64,000 nucleotides of DNA from Myxococcota bacterium (lineage in GTDB: Bacteria; Myxococcota_A; UBA9042; PHBI01; JAWLBL01). The translations under genes and the position numbers were made by a program. Positions within the stretch are counted from its first letter, which is position 1, and each line of letters begins with the position of its first letter. Of the stretch, positions 46,501-54,891 are shown piece by piece. The notes under the pieces are model-generated. The model did not search any database. It worked only from the letters and a program-made list of their open reading frames with translations, and had not been told where the DNA came from. The stretch spans positions 192,865 through 256,864 of the forward strand of contig JAWLBL010000010.1 in the NCBI GenBank assembly GCA_041687695.1. Direction: 5' to 3'.

Positions 46501-46638
46501 GTCGTGCGCATCAACCCGAACTGCGACTGCGGGACCTTCTGCACCGACGACTCCGGCACGGCCGTCGTCGAGGTGAAGGCGGGCAGCGGCAGCGCCCTGA
46601 CCTGCGAGCCGTACACGCTGAACTGGGGCGACCTCTGA
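43591..46638 (+). CDS. Giant Cys-rich repeat lipoprotein with C-terminal PPC-like domain
   Basis: Lipobox AAGC; E.CNG.DDDCDG motifs, many CDDG..CT.D.C units, six C.I.G.C..G...P..C..C......W modules; SFEANNT...IYPSGDVDYYKF. Confidence 0.85.
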   Translation: MTFAATRRIAVAWLVGVALGAAGCGDGSLVTPGGGDIESDSTFGGIDAGKDATPPDATPDALPDTAPDVAGDEGAGTDAGGDTGECGGEFGCPCFSNAGCLDELCIDGPDGKLCTKTCSASCPDGFDCVNTTAFGPDPISICVPRHVRLCRPCQADADCQSPADGGGLCLPAPNPADGSFCGSSCEGGMPCPSGYACAPVTLPGGGESKQCVPTSGECACRPSWAAMNLTTTCAIANAHGSCAGTRTCGPSGLTSCEGAIPAAETCNGNDDDCDGTVDDVAAEVCNLVGEHGTCPGTTACDASGAEICVGQPAVAEVCNGKDDDCDGQTDEATCDDGLACTTDTCTGDAICKNTLTAGWCLIAGECVTEGTVNPADPCEQCLPAKSTNAWSDVDGLACNDGNACTWQDQCLAGACTGTPYVCNDGLACTNDVCDGTGGCLQTLVAGSCLIDGKCFDDGASQTAGGCLVCNAALSPKAWLSNAGAGCDDGNPCTHGDVCNDNTCAGTAYGCDDGNACTIDACKGDGTCSHVQAAETCIIDGECVPKGTPKPGEPCLACRPEVSGSVWSPVAPGSACDDGLPCTSGDKCTAGLCQGTPYVCNDGLTCTDDACDGGGGCTHTPKPGMCAIDGACYAQDATAPANTCQYCNAAVSPTAWSLKALGSACNDGQSCTTGDQCDSTGQCKGVGLDCNDGLACTVDTCDGLGGCVHTPQNACVIGGVCYAAGATKPGEPCQTCNPAVSTSAWTAGSGASCDDGNLCTYNDKCVSGVCVGTSKPCNDSLTCTDDVCDGNGGCSFPIKANHCLIGGVCYTNGTSNPSNVCQRCSSSVFNTQWSDNNGVTCSDANTCTSGDTCQSGVCAGSPILDSFEANNTSGAAKSLGSASDCDDWPKGSFTATIYPSGDVDYYKFTVSDDLGCSIWPRVELTSMPSGANYNLCVTYTCNKGTTKLDCDVGTKVGSNTCCSTNAGSVAEVVRINPNCDCGTFCTDDSGTAVVEVKAGSGSALTCEPYTLNWGDL

Positions 46639-47399
46639 CGGGAGGTCGCCCGGCGCTCTGGCCAGGGCTGACCCTGGCGCTGCTGCTGACCGCGTGCGCC
46701 ACTACGGGCGAGACGCGGCGGCGGCAGGCGACCGAGGGGTTCAGGGCGCCCAGGTACGGGTTGAGCCGCGCGGGCGAGGCGTCGGCGCGGCCGGCGCGCG
46801 CGCCCGTGGAGCCGCCCAGCGGGTTGGCCGAGGGGCCGCCGAAGCCGCAGGCCGAGCCAAAGCCGCAGCCGCCCAACGTCGAGGCGCCGACGGCCGTGCC
46901 GACATCGGTGGGCGAAGCGCGCGGCGGACGGCTGCTCGTGGGCTCCCACCCCGAGGTGGTCCGCTTGGCGCTGACCCTCTACGCGCAGGCTCAGGCCGAG
47001 GGCATCGAGGTGGTCTTCATCTCGGGCTACCGCAAGTTCACGCCGCGCAAGCGCGGGGCGCGCGGCGGGTGGGCCAGCTGGCACAACTTCGGGCTGGCCT
47101 TCGATCTCAACCTGACGCGGCGCAAGGGCATGAGCGACGCCAAGGCCCACTGGGACGAGGACCGGGCCCAGTGGGATCGGCTGGGCGCGCTGGGGCGCGC
47201 GCTGGGGCTGGTCTGGGGCGGCGACTTCCGGACGCCGGACATCTTCCACTTCGAGTGGCACCCCGGCCACGACGCCTGGATCAACCCCGACGACCTGAGA
47301 TCGTTTCTGGCGCTGGCCGGGCCAGACGGCAAGCGGTACGAGCGCGTGTGGAGCCTGTTCCCCGCCGACGACGCCCCCGCAGGCGGCGTCAGACGGTGA
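46635..47399 (+). CDS. M15-family peptidoglycan peptidase (L-Ala-D-Glu endopeptidase-like), lipoprotein
   Basis: Lipobox LTAC; ISGYR, SWHNFGLAFD, WGGDF, DIFHFE. Start codon unclear (CTG overlapping the upstream TGA). Confidence 0.8.
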   Translation: MTGGRPALWPGLTLALLLTACATTGETRRRQATEGFRAPRYGLSRAGEASARPARAPVEPPSGLAEGPPKPQAEPKPQPPNVEAPTAVPTSVGEARGGRLLVGSHPEVVRLALTLYAQAQAEGIEVVFISGYRKFTPRKRGARGGWASWHNFGLAFDLNLTRRKGMSDAKAHWDEDRAQWDRLGALGRALGLVWGGDFRTPDIFHFEWHPGHDAWINPDDLRSFLALAGPDGKRYERVWSLFPADDAPAGGVRR

Positions 47400-48594
47400 C
47401 GCCCGGCAGGGCGCGCAGGAGCATGCGCGGCGCGGCGATCTCGTTGATGACGCTGGCGATGGCGACCCCGGCCAGCACCACCTGCGCGGTCGGATCCGGC
47501 CAGACGTGCACCAGGCTGAGGGCGACCACCAGGCCGAGCGTGCCCTGCGGGATGAGCCCGAGGCCCCAGTCGCGCTGGGCGCGCAGCCCCGGCATCCCGT
47601 GGATGGGCCCGGCGACGAGCTGTCCGGTGCCGAACTTACACGCGGCGCGCACGACCGTCATCAGCACCACGGCGCCGACCAGCAGCCAGCCACCGACACC
47701 CGCGCTGTAGACGCCGACGACGGCCATCAGGATGACCACGGCGGGGCGCTCGATGCGGCGGATGGTGCGCCCGAGCAGCTCCATGCGCTCGCCGGGCAGG
47801 TTGACCAGCACGAAGCCGGCGATGGCGCCGACCGCCGCGGGTGAGACCTCGAGCCAGCCGCCCAGGCCCGCGGCGAAGGCCAGCATCGCCAGCCCGAGCA
47901 GGAGGCGCTCGTTGTCGCTGGCGTTGCCGCCGAGGAAGAGCCAGGTCACGACGGCCACGACGACCCCGGCGCCGAGCGACATCCCGGCCCAACCCAGGAA
48001 GGCCAGCGTCTCGGGCGTGTGGTTGAGCAGCGAGAACGCCAGGATGGCGGCGACCACGGTCAGCAGGTTGTCGAGGCTGGCCGTGAACTCGATCATGCGC
48101 AGCGTGCCGCGCGTGGGTTCGACCTGGCCGCCGCGGCGGGCGCGGACGGCGGCCGCGAGGGTGGGCGCGCTGGTGGCGGCCGCGCCGGCGAGGATGAGCG
48201 AGGCCGCCCCGCCTTGGAGCAGCGGGACGTCGAGCCAGGCCATCAGGCCGAAGGCCGCGCCGCCGACGACCGACCCCGCCGCGATCCCCGGCGCCAGCGC
48301 CGCGCGATAGGCGCGTAGCGGCACCAGCTTGAGGACGTCGACGCGGAAGGCCATGCCGACCGAGAAGCCGATCCAGCCCGTGACGAAGGCCATGATGGGC
48401 ATGAGCCCCGGGGTGATGGCGGCCAGCTCGGCGTCGCCCAGGGTGAGCCCGATGAGGTAGCCGAGCACCAGGAAGACGTGCCCCGTCGCGGCGAGGTGCG
48501 TCAGGCCCAGCGCGGCGCGGAAGCGGCCGAGGCGCTTGGAGCTGGCGATTCCGGCGGCGATGAGCAGGATCGCGACCAGGCCGGCCGTCGACAT
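47389..48594 (-). CDS. Cation:proton antiporter-like multi-pass membrane protein
   Basis: About 12 hydrophobic segments; GWIGFSVGM, AAATSAPT, ASLDN, LEVSP....AG, LGLIPQG pattern typical of the CPA fold. Confidence 0.7.
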   Translation of the reverse strand: MSTAGLVAILLIAAGIASSKRLGRFRAALGLTHLAATGHVFLVLGYLIGLTLGDAELAAITPGLMPIMAFVTGWIGFSVGMAFRVDVLKLVPLRAYRAALAPGIAAGSVVGGAAFGLMAWLDVPLLQGGAASLILAGAAATSAPTLAAAVRARRGGQVEPTRGTLRMIEFTASLDNLLTVVAAILAFSLLNHTPETLAFLGWAGMSLGAGVVVAVVTWLFLGGNASDNERLLLGLAMLAFAAGLGGWLEVSPAAVGAIAGFVLVNLPGERMELLGRTIRRIERPAVVILMAVVGVYSAGVGGWLLVGAVVLMTVVRAACKFGTGQLVAGPIHGMPGLRAQRDWGLGLIPQGTLGLVVALSLVHVWPDPTAQVVLAGVAIASVINEIAAPRMLLRALPGVTV

Positions 48595-49451
48595 CAGTGC
48601 CCCCCGGCTTCGATGGGCTTGGGCGGCTCGTACTCCCAGGCCTGCTTGATGGGCAGGGCGGTCACGCGCGCCGAGAGGGCGCCCACGTCGGCGCAGACCT
48701 CTCGCACGAGCGAGATGACCTCGTCGGTGCGGGTGGCGGGCACGGCCAGGAAGATGATGCGGCGCCCCCCCGGATCCCCGAAGAGGTCCCGGAACCCTGC
48801 GAAGAGCGGCAGCTCCTTGGTCATCGCGTCCCGCAGGCTCTGCCCGTCGACGACGACGCCGTCGCCCAGCCCCGCCTCGACCAGCTCGACCAGGAGGTTG
48901 TCGACGGCCTGCTCGCCCGCGATCTCGATGGTGATCCAGTCGGTGCGCGCGGCGGCCGGGGCGGCGCGCTCGGCGGCGGCGGCGGGTCGCTGCGCCTGGC
49001 GGGCCTCGGCGGCCTCGACGATGAGGTGGATGTCGCCGGGATGCTCGGCCTGCCGCAGGCCCTCGAGCAGGACGTTGCTGTGGCACAGGCGGGCGATGCG
49101 GGCGAGGGCCAGCAGGTGGTCCTTGGCGGCCGAGCGCGGGGCCAGCAAGTAGAAGAAGAGGTCGGCCGGGGCGCCGTCCGGGGCGCTGACGTCGATGGGG
49201 GTGCGGGTCCGGATCAGCCCGACGACCGGGTGATCGAGGCCCTCGATGGCGCCGTGGGGCACGGCCACGCCGTGGCCGACCGCGATCCCGCCCTGGCGCG
49301 CGCGCGTGTGGAGGGCGTCCTCGATGGTGCTCTCGCTGACGCCCGTGCGCGCCGAGGCCACGCGGGCGGCGGCGCGCAACACGTCCTTGATGCGGGTCGC
49401 GGGCACGTCGAGCGCGATGAGGGCCGGGTCGAGCCAATCTTCCTGCGGCAT
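48594..49451 (-). CDS. PTS EIIA(Fru/Ntr)-type domain fused to a PII-like C-terminal domain
   Basis: AVGHGVAVPH (phospho-His), PIDVSAPDGAPADLFFYLL, HLLALARIARL; C-terminal LLVELVEAGL..GVVVDG....ELPLFAGFRDL. Start may lie further upstream. Confidence 0.8.
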   Translation of the reverse strand: MPQEDWLDPALIALDVPATRIKDVLRAAARVASARTGVSESTIEDALHTRARQGGIAVGHGVAVPHGAIEGLDHPVVGLIRTRTPIDVSAPDGAPADLFFYLLAPRSAAKDHLLALARIARLCHSNVLLEGLRQAEHPGDIHLIVEAAEARQAQRPAAAAERAAPAAARTDWITIEIAGEQAVDNLLVELVEAGLGDGVVVDGQSLRDAMTKELPLFAGFRDLFGDPGGRRIIFLAVPATRTDEVISLVREVCADVGALSARVTALPIKQAWEYEPPKPIEAGGH

Positions 49452-49589
49452 GCGGAGGCTGCTTTCGTGGGTGGGGGCCGGCGCGGGCGGGACGGGCGCC
49501 GATCGGTTGGGGACGAGGCCTTCATTTACGGGCTCGGACGCCCTCTCGTCCATACAACGGTGCGGCCACATGCCACGGTTCGTGAGCGG

Positions 49590-51527
49590 TCAGCCCTCGT
49601 CGAAGGGGGGCGCCTCGTCCGTCCAGGCGCTGATCCAGGCGCCGCGGGCCTCGACCGTCTCGAAGAAGGCGGCGTAGTAGCTGTCCGCGCCGAGGGTCGC
49701 GCTGTCCCCGACGACCAGCAGCTGCCTGCGGGCGCGGGTCAGCGCGACGTGCATGCGCCGCGTGTCCGACAAGAACCCCAGCGCGCCGTCCGGGTTGCTG
49801 CGCACCAGATCCAGGACGATCGCCTCCTTCTCGCGCCCCTGGAACCCGTCGACGCTGCCGATCTCGAGGCCGCGCACGACCTCGGGCGCCAGCAGCTCGC
49901 GCAGCAGCCGGACCTGCGCGTCGTAGGGCGTGATGACCGCGGCCAGCTCGGGCGACAGCCCGCGGCCCAGCAGGCGCCGGACCTCGGCCGCCGTGCGCTC
50001 GGCCTGGCCGGGGTTGCTGGCCGACGGATCATCCGCGGTCCGCCGCTCCTCCCAGCCCTTGCCGGCCGCGTCGACGAAGATCAAAGGCGACGGACGCAGC
50101 GGATCGTCGGCCACGCCCGGCAGATCCGACAGCGTGTGCGCCGCCACCTGGGGCGCCGCGACCAGGGCCCCGCCGTACTTGCTAGCGCTGGGGAAGGCCA
50201 TGATGTCGGCGTGCATCCGGTGCTGCACGGTCAGCATCCGCAGGGCGTCCCCCCGCCCCTGCCGCGCCAGCCGCTCGAAGACCGTCTCGGCCAGGCCGGC
50301 GCGGGCCGCCTCCAGGTCCACCACCGTCGGCGGCAGCTGGTGCGGGTCGCCGGCCAGGATCGCGCGCGGGGCGCGCTGCAGGGGCACCAGCAGGATCGGG
50401 TCCGGGGCCTGGGTCGCCTCGTCGACCACCACCAGGTCGAAGCGCAGCTCGCCCAACACCACCGCGTCGGCGCCCGCCGCCGTGGCGCAGATGACCCGCG
50501 CCCGGTGCAGGATCGCCTCTTGCGCGCCGGCCAGGTGCCGCCGGGCGTCCCGCTGCAGCTGCCTGGCCTCGTTCAACGCCTCGCGCCGCTCGCGCCGGTC
50601 CAGCCCGCCCCGGGCCGACCGCGCCGCGACGCGCCGGCGGATCGCGTTGGCGTCGGCCATCCACCGCCGCGACAGCGCCGCCGCGTCGGAGCCGTGCAGC
50701 AGCGCGTCCAGGCTGCGCGCCTCCATCGCGGGCGACACGCGCGCCGGGTGCCCCAGCCGGACCACGTCGAGCCCCGCGTCGACCAGGCGCTCGGCCAGGT
50801 TGTCGACCGCCGTGTTGCTGGCCGCGGTCGCCAGGACCCGGTCGCCGCGCGCGACCGCCTGCCGGATGACCTCGACCAGGGTGGTCGTCTTGCCCGTCCC
50901 CGGCGGCCCGTGCACCAGCGCCACGTCCCGCGCCGCCAGCGCCCGCCGCACCGCCGCCCGCTGCGGCGCGTTCAGCGTCGCGTCCAGCGGCGCCAGCTCG
51001 GCCTCGGTGTCGAAGGCCGGCGCGTCCGCCCCGAACAGCACCTCCCGCAGCCGCCCCATGTCCGACCGCTCGGGCGCCGCCCTGAAGGCCGCCAGCGCCC
51101 GCTGCCCCCGCTCGAAGGTCGCCTCGGGGTCGTCGCGGTCCAGCTTGAACTCGCCCTCCTCGAACCGCTCCGGCACGTCGCCGTCGACCACGACGCCCAA
51201 CCGGTCGCCACGCCGGCGCGCGCACACGCCCAGCACCGCCTCGGGCCCGTCCGGGTCGTCGAACCACAGCCGGACGGGGTCGCCCGCCCCTACCCTCAGC
51301 CCCTCGAGCCCGCCCGGCGCGGCCGTCGCCAGCCACAGCAGCGTCCGCCCGCCGGGCGCCGCGTCGGTCTCGTCGATCGACAGATCCCGCAGCGCGATGC
51401 CGCGCGTGACCCGCTCGGCCAGCGTGGTGTCACGCCGCTCCGCGACGAAGCGCGCCCGGCTCGCGCGCCGCTCGCGCCGCCACAAATCCGCGAGTCTGTC
51501 CAGGAATATCGGCGCCTCGGGGGGCAT
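49590..51527 (-). CDS. Upf1/IGHMBP2-like superfamily 1 helicase
   Basis: HGPPGTGKT, ASNTAVDNL, VDEATQA, AGDPHQLPP, QHRM, VDGFQGREK, RRMHVALTRAR. Confidence 0.93.
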   Translation of the reverse strand: MPPEAPIFLDRLADLWRRERRASRARFVAERRDTTLAERVTRGIALRDLSIDETDAAPGGRTLLWLATAAPGGLEGLRVGAGDPVRLWFDDPDGPEAVLGVCARRRGDRLGVVVDGDVPERFEEGEFKLDRDDPEATFERGQRALAAFRAAPERSDMGRLREVLFGADAPAFDTEAELAPLDATLNAPQRAAVRRALAARDVALVHGPPGTGKTTTLVEVIRQAVARGDRVLATAASNTAVDNLAERLVDAGLDVVRLGHPARVSPAMEARSLDALLHGSDAAALSRRWMADANAIRRRVAARSARGGLDRRERREALNEARQLQRDARRHLAGAQEAILHRARVICATAAGADAVVLGELRFDLVVVDEATQAPDPILLVPLQRAPRAILAGDPHQLPPTVVDLEAARAGLAETVFERLARQGRGDALRMLTVQHRMHADIMAFPSASKYGGALVAAPQVAAHTLSDLPGVADDPLRPSPLIFVDAAGKGWEERRTADDPSASNPGQAERTAAEVRRLLGRGLSPELAAVITPYDAQVRLLRELLAPEVVRGLEIGSVDGFQGREKEAIVLDLVRSNPDGALGFLSDTRRMHVALTRARRQLLVVGDSATLGADSYYAAFFETVEARGAWISAWTDEAPPFDEG

Positions 51528-51660
51528 TCGCTGCTACTCCAATGATGACGAGCGCGATGCGGCGTGCTACAGACGCGCGCCGTTCACATGCTGGCGCCGC
51601 TTCGCGGGCCGCCACTCGACCGCGCCCGAACCCTGCTTCGGGCCACTCTCGGAGACCACG

Positions 51661-52221
51661 ATGTATCAGACCTCGGACATCAAGAAGAACCTGAAGATCA
51701 AGATGGACGGGGCCCCCTGGACCGTCGTCGAGTTCCTGTTCGTCAAGCCCGGCAAGGGCACCGCGTTCACGCGCACCAAGCTCAAGAACCTCATCACGGG
51801 CCAGGTCATCGAGCGCAACCTGCGCACCGGTGAGACCCTCGAGCCGGTCGATCTCGAGCAGCGCACCGCGACGATGATGTACGAGGAGGGCGACGACATC
51901 TACTTCATGGACCAGGACAACTACGAGCAGTTCCCGGTCCCGCGCAGCGCCCTCGGCGACCAGGCCAAGTGGCTCGTCGACCAGATGCAGGTCGATCTGC
52001 TCTTCTACGAGGGCAAGGTCGTCACCGCCGAGATCCCCAACTTCGTCGAGGCCGAGATCACCTACTGCGAGCCCGCGGTCAAAGGCGACACGGCCAACAA
52101 CGCCACCAAGGCGGCGACCGTCCTGGGCGGCGCGACCGTGCAGGTGCCGATGTTCATCAACCAGGGTGAGGTCATCCGCATCGACACGCGCACCGGCGAG
52201 TACCAGGGCCGCGTCAAGTAG
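51661..52221 (+). CDS. efp: Elongation factor P
   Basis: VKPGKGTAF (Lys loop), KGDTA, VPMFI..GEVIRIDTRTGEY. Confidence 0.97.
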   Translation: MYQTSDIKKNLKIKMDGAPWTVVEFLFVKPGKGTAFTRTKLKNLITGQVIERNLRTGETLEPVDLEQRTATMMYEEGDDIYFMDQDNYEQFPVPRSALGDQAKWLVDQMQVDLLFYEGKVVTAEIPNFVEAEITYCEPAVKGDTANNATKAATVLGGATVQVPMFINQGEVIRIDTRTGEYQGRVK

Positions 52222-52230
52222 GCGGGTTCG

Positions 52231-53403
52231 GTGGCCTTCGACCCGGGAGCCCAGGCCGGCCGGGTGGCGCGCGGGAGGGTCCTCGACGTCCGCGCGCCCC
52301 GGCTGACGGTCCAGGTGGACACCCGGGTCGAGACCCTGTCCGTCGACGTCCACTGCGGCGACGCGGCGTCCTGTCGGCCCGGAGACCTCGTCGAGGTCGA
52401 GCGGGACACCGGGGTCGTGCGCCGGGTCTTCGCCCACCCGACCGGCGAGTTCCCGGAGCCTGGCTCCGACGCCCTGCGGCTGATGCGCGACGGCGGCGCG
52501 GGGTGGGTGCGCCTGGCGCAGCGCGCGCGCTTGTTGCAGCGCACACGCGAGTGGTTCGCCGGGGCCGGCTTCCTCGAGGTCGACACCCCGCTGGTGGTCC
52601 CCTCGGCGGGCACCGAGACGCACCTCGCGGCCGTCCCCGCGCTGCTGACCGAGGCGCCCGGCGCGCCGCCGACGCAGCGCTACCTGGTCACGTCGCCCGA
52701 GTACCACATGAAGCGGCTGCTCGCCGCCGGCGCGCCGCCCATCTATCAGATCGGCAAGGTCTTCCGCGACGGCGAGCGCGGCCACCTGCACCGGCCCGAG
52801 TTCACGATGCTCGAGTGGTATCGGCCGTGGGCCGGCTACGAGGCCATCATGGCGGACTGCGAGGCCTGGCTGCGGCACCTCGCGGGCGGTGACACCCTCA
52901 CCTTCCGCGGCCGGACCATCGACCTGACCCCGCCCTGGCCGCGCATCTCCTTCAAGCAGGCCCTGCGCGAGCGCGGGGGCGTCGCCGACCCGGACGCGCT
53001 GTCGCCCGAGGACCAGCTGGCGGTCCACGTCGACAAGGTCGAGCCGACCCTGGGCCAGACGCGGCCCGAGCTCCTGACCGAGTGGCCCATCGCGATGGCC
53101 TCGCTGGCCCGCCCGGCGCCCCACGACCCCTCGGTGGCCGAGCGCTTCGAGCTGTTCGTCGCCGGGCTCGAGCTGGGCAACGCCTTCGGCGAGCTGACCG
53201 ACGCCGCCGAGCAGCGCCGTCGCTGCGAGGCCGACAACGCCGAGCGGCGCGCGCTGGGGCGGCCCGAGTACCCCATCGACGAGGACTTCCTGGGCGCGCT
53301 CGAGCAGGGCCTGCCGCCGTCGGCGGGCATCGCCGTGGGCCTCGACCGCGTGCTGATGCTGCTGACGGACGCCGCCCGAATCGACGACGTCCTTAGCTTC
53401 TGA
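52231..53403 (+). CDS. epmA: EF-P lysine aminoacylase (GenX/PoxA)
   Basis: FLEVDTP, YLVTSPEYHMKRLLAAG, VFRDGERG.LHRPEFTMLEWY, AERFELF..GLELGNAF.ELTD, GIAVGLDR; directly after efp. Confidence 0.93.
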   Translation: MAFDPGAQAGRVARGRVLDVRAPRLTVQVDTRVETLSVDVHCGDAASCRPGDLVEVERDTGVVRRVFAHPTGEFPEPGSDALRLMRDGGAGWVRLAQRARLLQRTREWFAGAGFLEVDTPLVVPSAGTETHLAAVPALLTEAPGAPPTQRYLVTSPEYHMKRLLAAGAPPIYQIGKVFRDGERGHLHRPEFTMLEWYRPWAGYEAIMADCEAWLRHLAGGDTLTFRGRTIDLTPPWPRISFKQALRERGGVADPDALSPEDQLAVHVDKVEPTLGQTRPELLTEWPIAMASLARPAPHDPSVAERFELFVAGLELGNAFGELTDAAEQRRRCEADNAERRALGRPEYPIDEDFLGALEQGLPPSAGIAVGLDRVLMLLTDAARIDDVLSF

Positions 53404-53416
53404 CCGGTCCCTGGGC

Positions 53417-54814
53417 TCAGGCCGTGGCGCGCTGCGAGCCCTGGAAGCGCTCCTGGATCTGGCGCATCAGCGGCATCAGCACGTTGAAGTCCAGCCCCGC
53501 CTGCATGGCCGCCGGCGTGAACAGGAAGTCGACCAGGTAGTAGTCGCTGAAGACGTTCAGCGACGGCGCGGCCAGCTTGGCGTAGCGGTCGAAGAACAGC
53601 AGCTGCTTCAAGATGAGCAGGAACTCGCTGGGCAGCGTGACGCCGTAGCGATAGGCGACCTGCGTAATCTGCGGCAGGACGTCCTCGTACTTGATCTCGG
53701 CCATCGCCTTCTCGATGAGCGGGCTGTAGACCCGCCGCAGGTCGGCGACGAAGGCCTCGCGGTCCAGGCGATCGTCCACGGCCCCGATCTCGGTCATGAT
53801 CTGGGCCAGCGCCTCGTAGTCCTGCGCGGCGAAGGCCAGCACGTAACGCATCACCTGGTGGCGCTGCTTGCTGTCGAAGCGCCCGATGATGCCGAAGTCC
53901 AAAAAGCCCACGGCCGGGCTCGGGCACGCGTCGGTGGGCGGCAGCATCATCAGGTTTCCGGCGTGCGCGTCGCCGTGGAAGAAGCCGTGCAACATCATGG
54001 TCAGCAGCCACGCCCGCAGGCCCTTGCGCAGGTACTGCTCGGCGTCGATGCCCGCGGCCACGATGCCGTCGACGTCGTCGGCCTTGTAGCCGTCGAAGCG
54101 CTCCATCACCAGCACGCGCTGGGTGACCAGCTCGTCCACCGGCTGCGGGGCCCGCACGTCGGTGACCTTGTGGCGCGCCATGATGGCGTTGAACTCGTTG
54201 AGGTTCGCCGCCTCCTTGCGGAAGTCCAGCTCCTCGTGGATGGTCCGGTCGAAGTCGGTGATGACGCCCGAGACGTTGGCCAGGCGGGCGCCCTTGAACA
54301 GGCGCTCGACGACCCAGGCGCCGCGGCGCATCCACCACAGGTCGGCGTCGACCGTGTCCTGGATGCCGGGGCGCTGGACCTTCACCACGACCCGCGCGCC
54401 GTCCTTGAGCGTCGCGGCGTGGACCTGCGCGATCGAGGCCGAGCCCAGGGGCTTTTCATCGAACGAGGCGAAGACCGCGTCGACCGGCTGGCCCAGGTCC
54501 TCGGCGACGGTGGCCTCGAGCGTGGCCAGCTCGAACGGGGGCACCCGGTCGAGGCACTTGGAGAACTCGTCCGAGTAGCGCTTGGGGAACAGGCCCGGGC
54601 TCGAGGCGATGACCTGCCCCAGCTTGATGAAGGTCGGCCCCATGACCTCGAAGGCCTCGCGGACCAGCGCCTCGTTGCGTAGCCGCTGGTAGGGCCGCCC
54701 GCGCAGGCGGTGCCACACCCAGCGCAGCCCCAGCCGGTCGGCGAGCCAGAGGAACAGCATGCCCCAGAGCAGGAGCGTGATCTTGACGGCGCGGCCGAGG
54801 ACCCGAATGAACAT
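53417..54814 (-). CDS. ABC1/AarF/UbiB family atypical kinase
   Basis: GPTFIKLGQ, LGSASIAQVH, VKVQRPGI, ELDFRKEA, HGDAHAGN, LDFG. Confidence 0.93.
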   Translation of the reverse strand: MFIRVLGRAVKITLLLWGMLFLWLADRLGLRWVWHRLRGRPYQRLRNEALVREAFEVMGPTFIKLGQVIASSPGLFPKRYSDEFSKCLDRVPPFELATLEATVAEDLGQPVDAVFASFDEKPLGSASIAQVHAATLKDGARVVVKVQRPGIQDTVDADLWWMRRGAWVVERLFKGARLANVSGVITDFDRTIHEELDFRKEAANLNEFNAIMARHKVTDVRAPQPVDELVTQRVLVMERFDGYKADDVDGIVAAGIDAEQYLRKGLRAWLLTMMLHGFFHGDAHAGNLMMLPPTDACPSPAVGFLDFGIIGRFDSKQRHQVMRYVLAFAAQDYEALAQIMTEIGAVDDRLDREAFVADLRRVYSPLIEKAMAEIKYEDVLPQITQVAYRYGVTLPSEFLLILKQLLFFDRYAKLAAPSLNVFSDYYLVDFLFTPAAMQAGLDFNVLMPLMRQIQERFQGSQRATA

Positions 54815-54891
54815 GGTGCAGCTTCCCCAAGAAGGCGCGCCTGTATACCACAGCCCCGGGCGGCGAGGCCACGCGCGCCGCGGGCTTGGGG

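Noticed and set aside
49590..51527. Upf1-like helicase as an anti-phage defence system
   Set aside because: Stand-alone, without nuclease fusion or defence neighbours; lies beside efp in housekeeping context.
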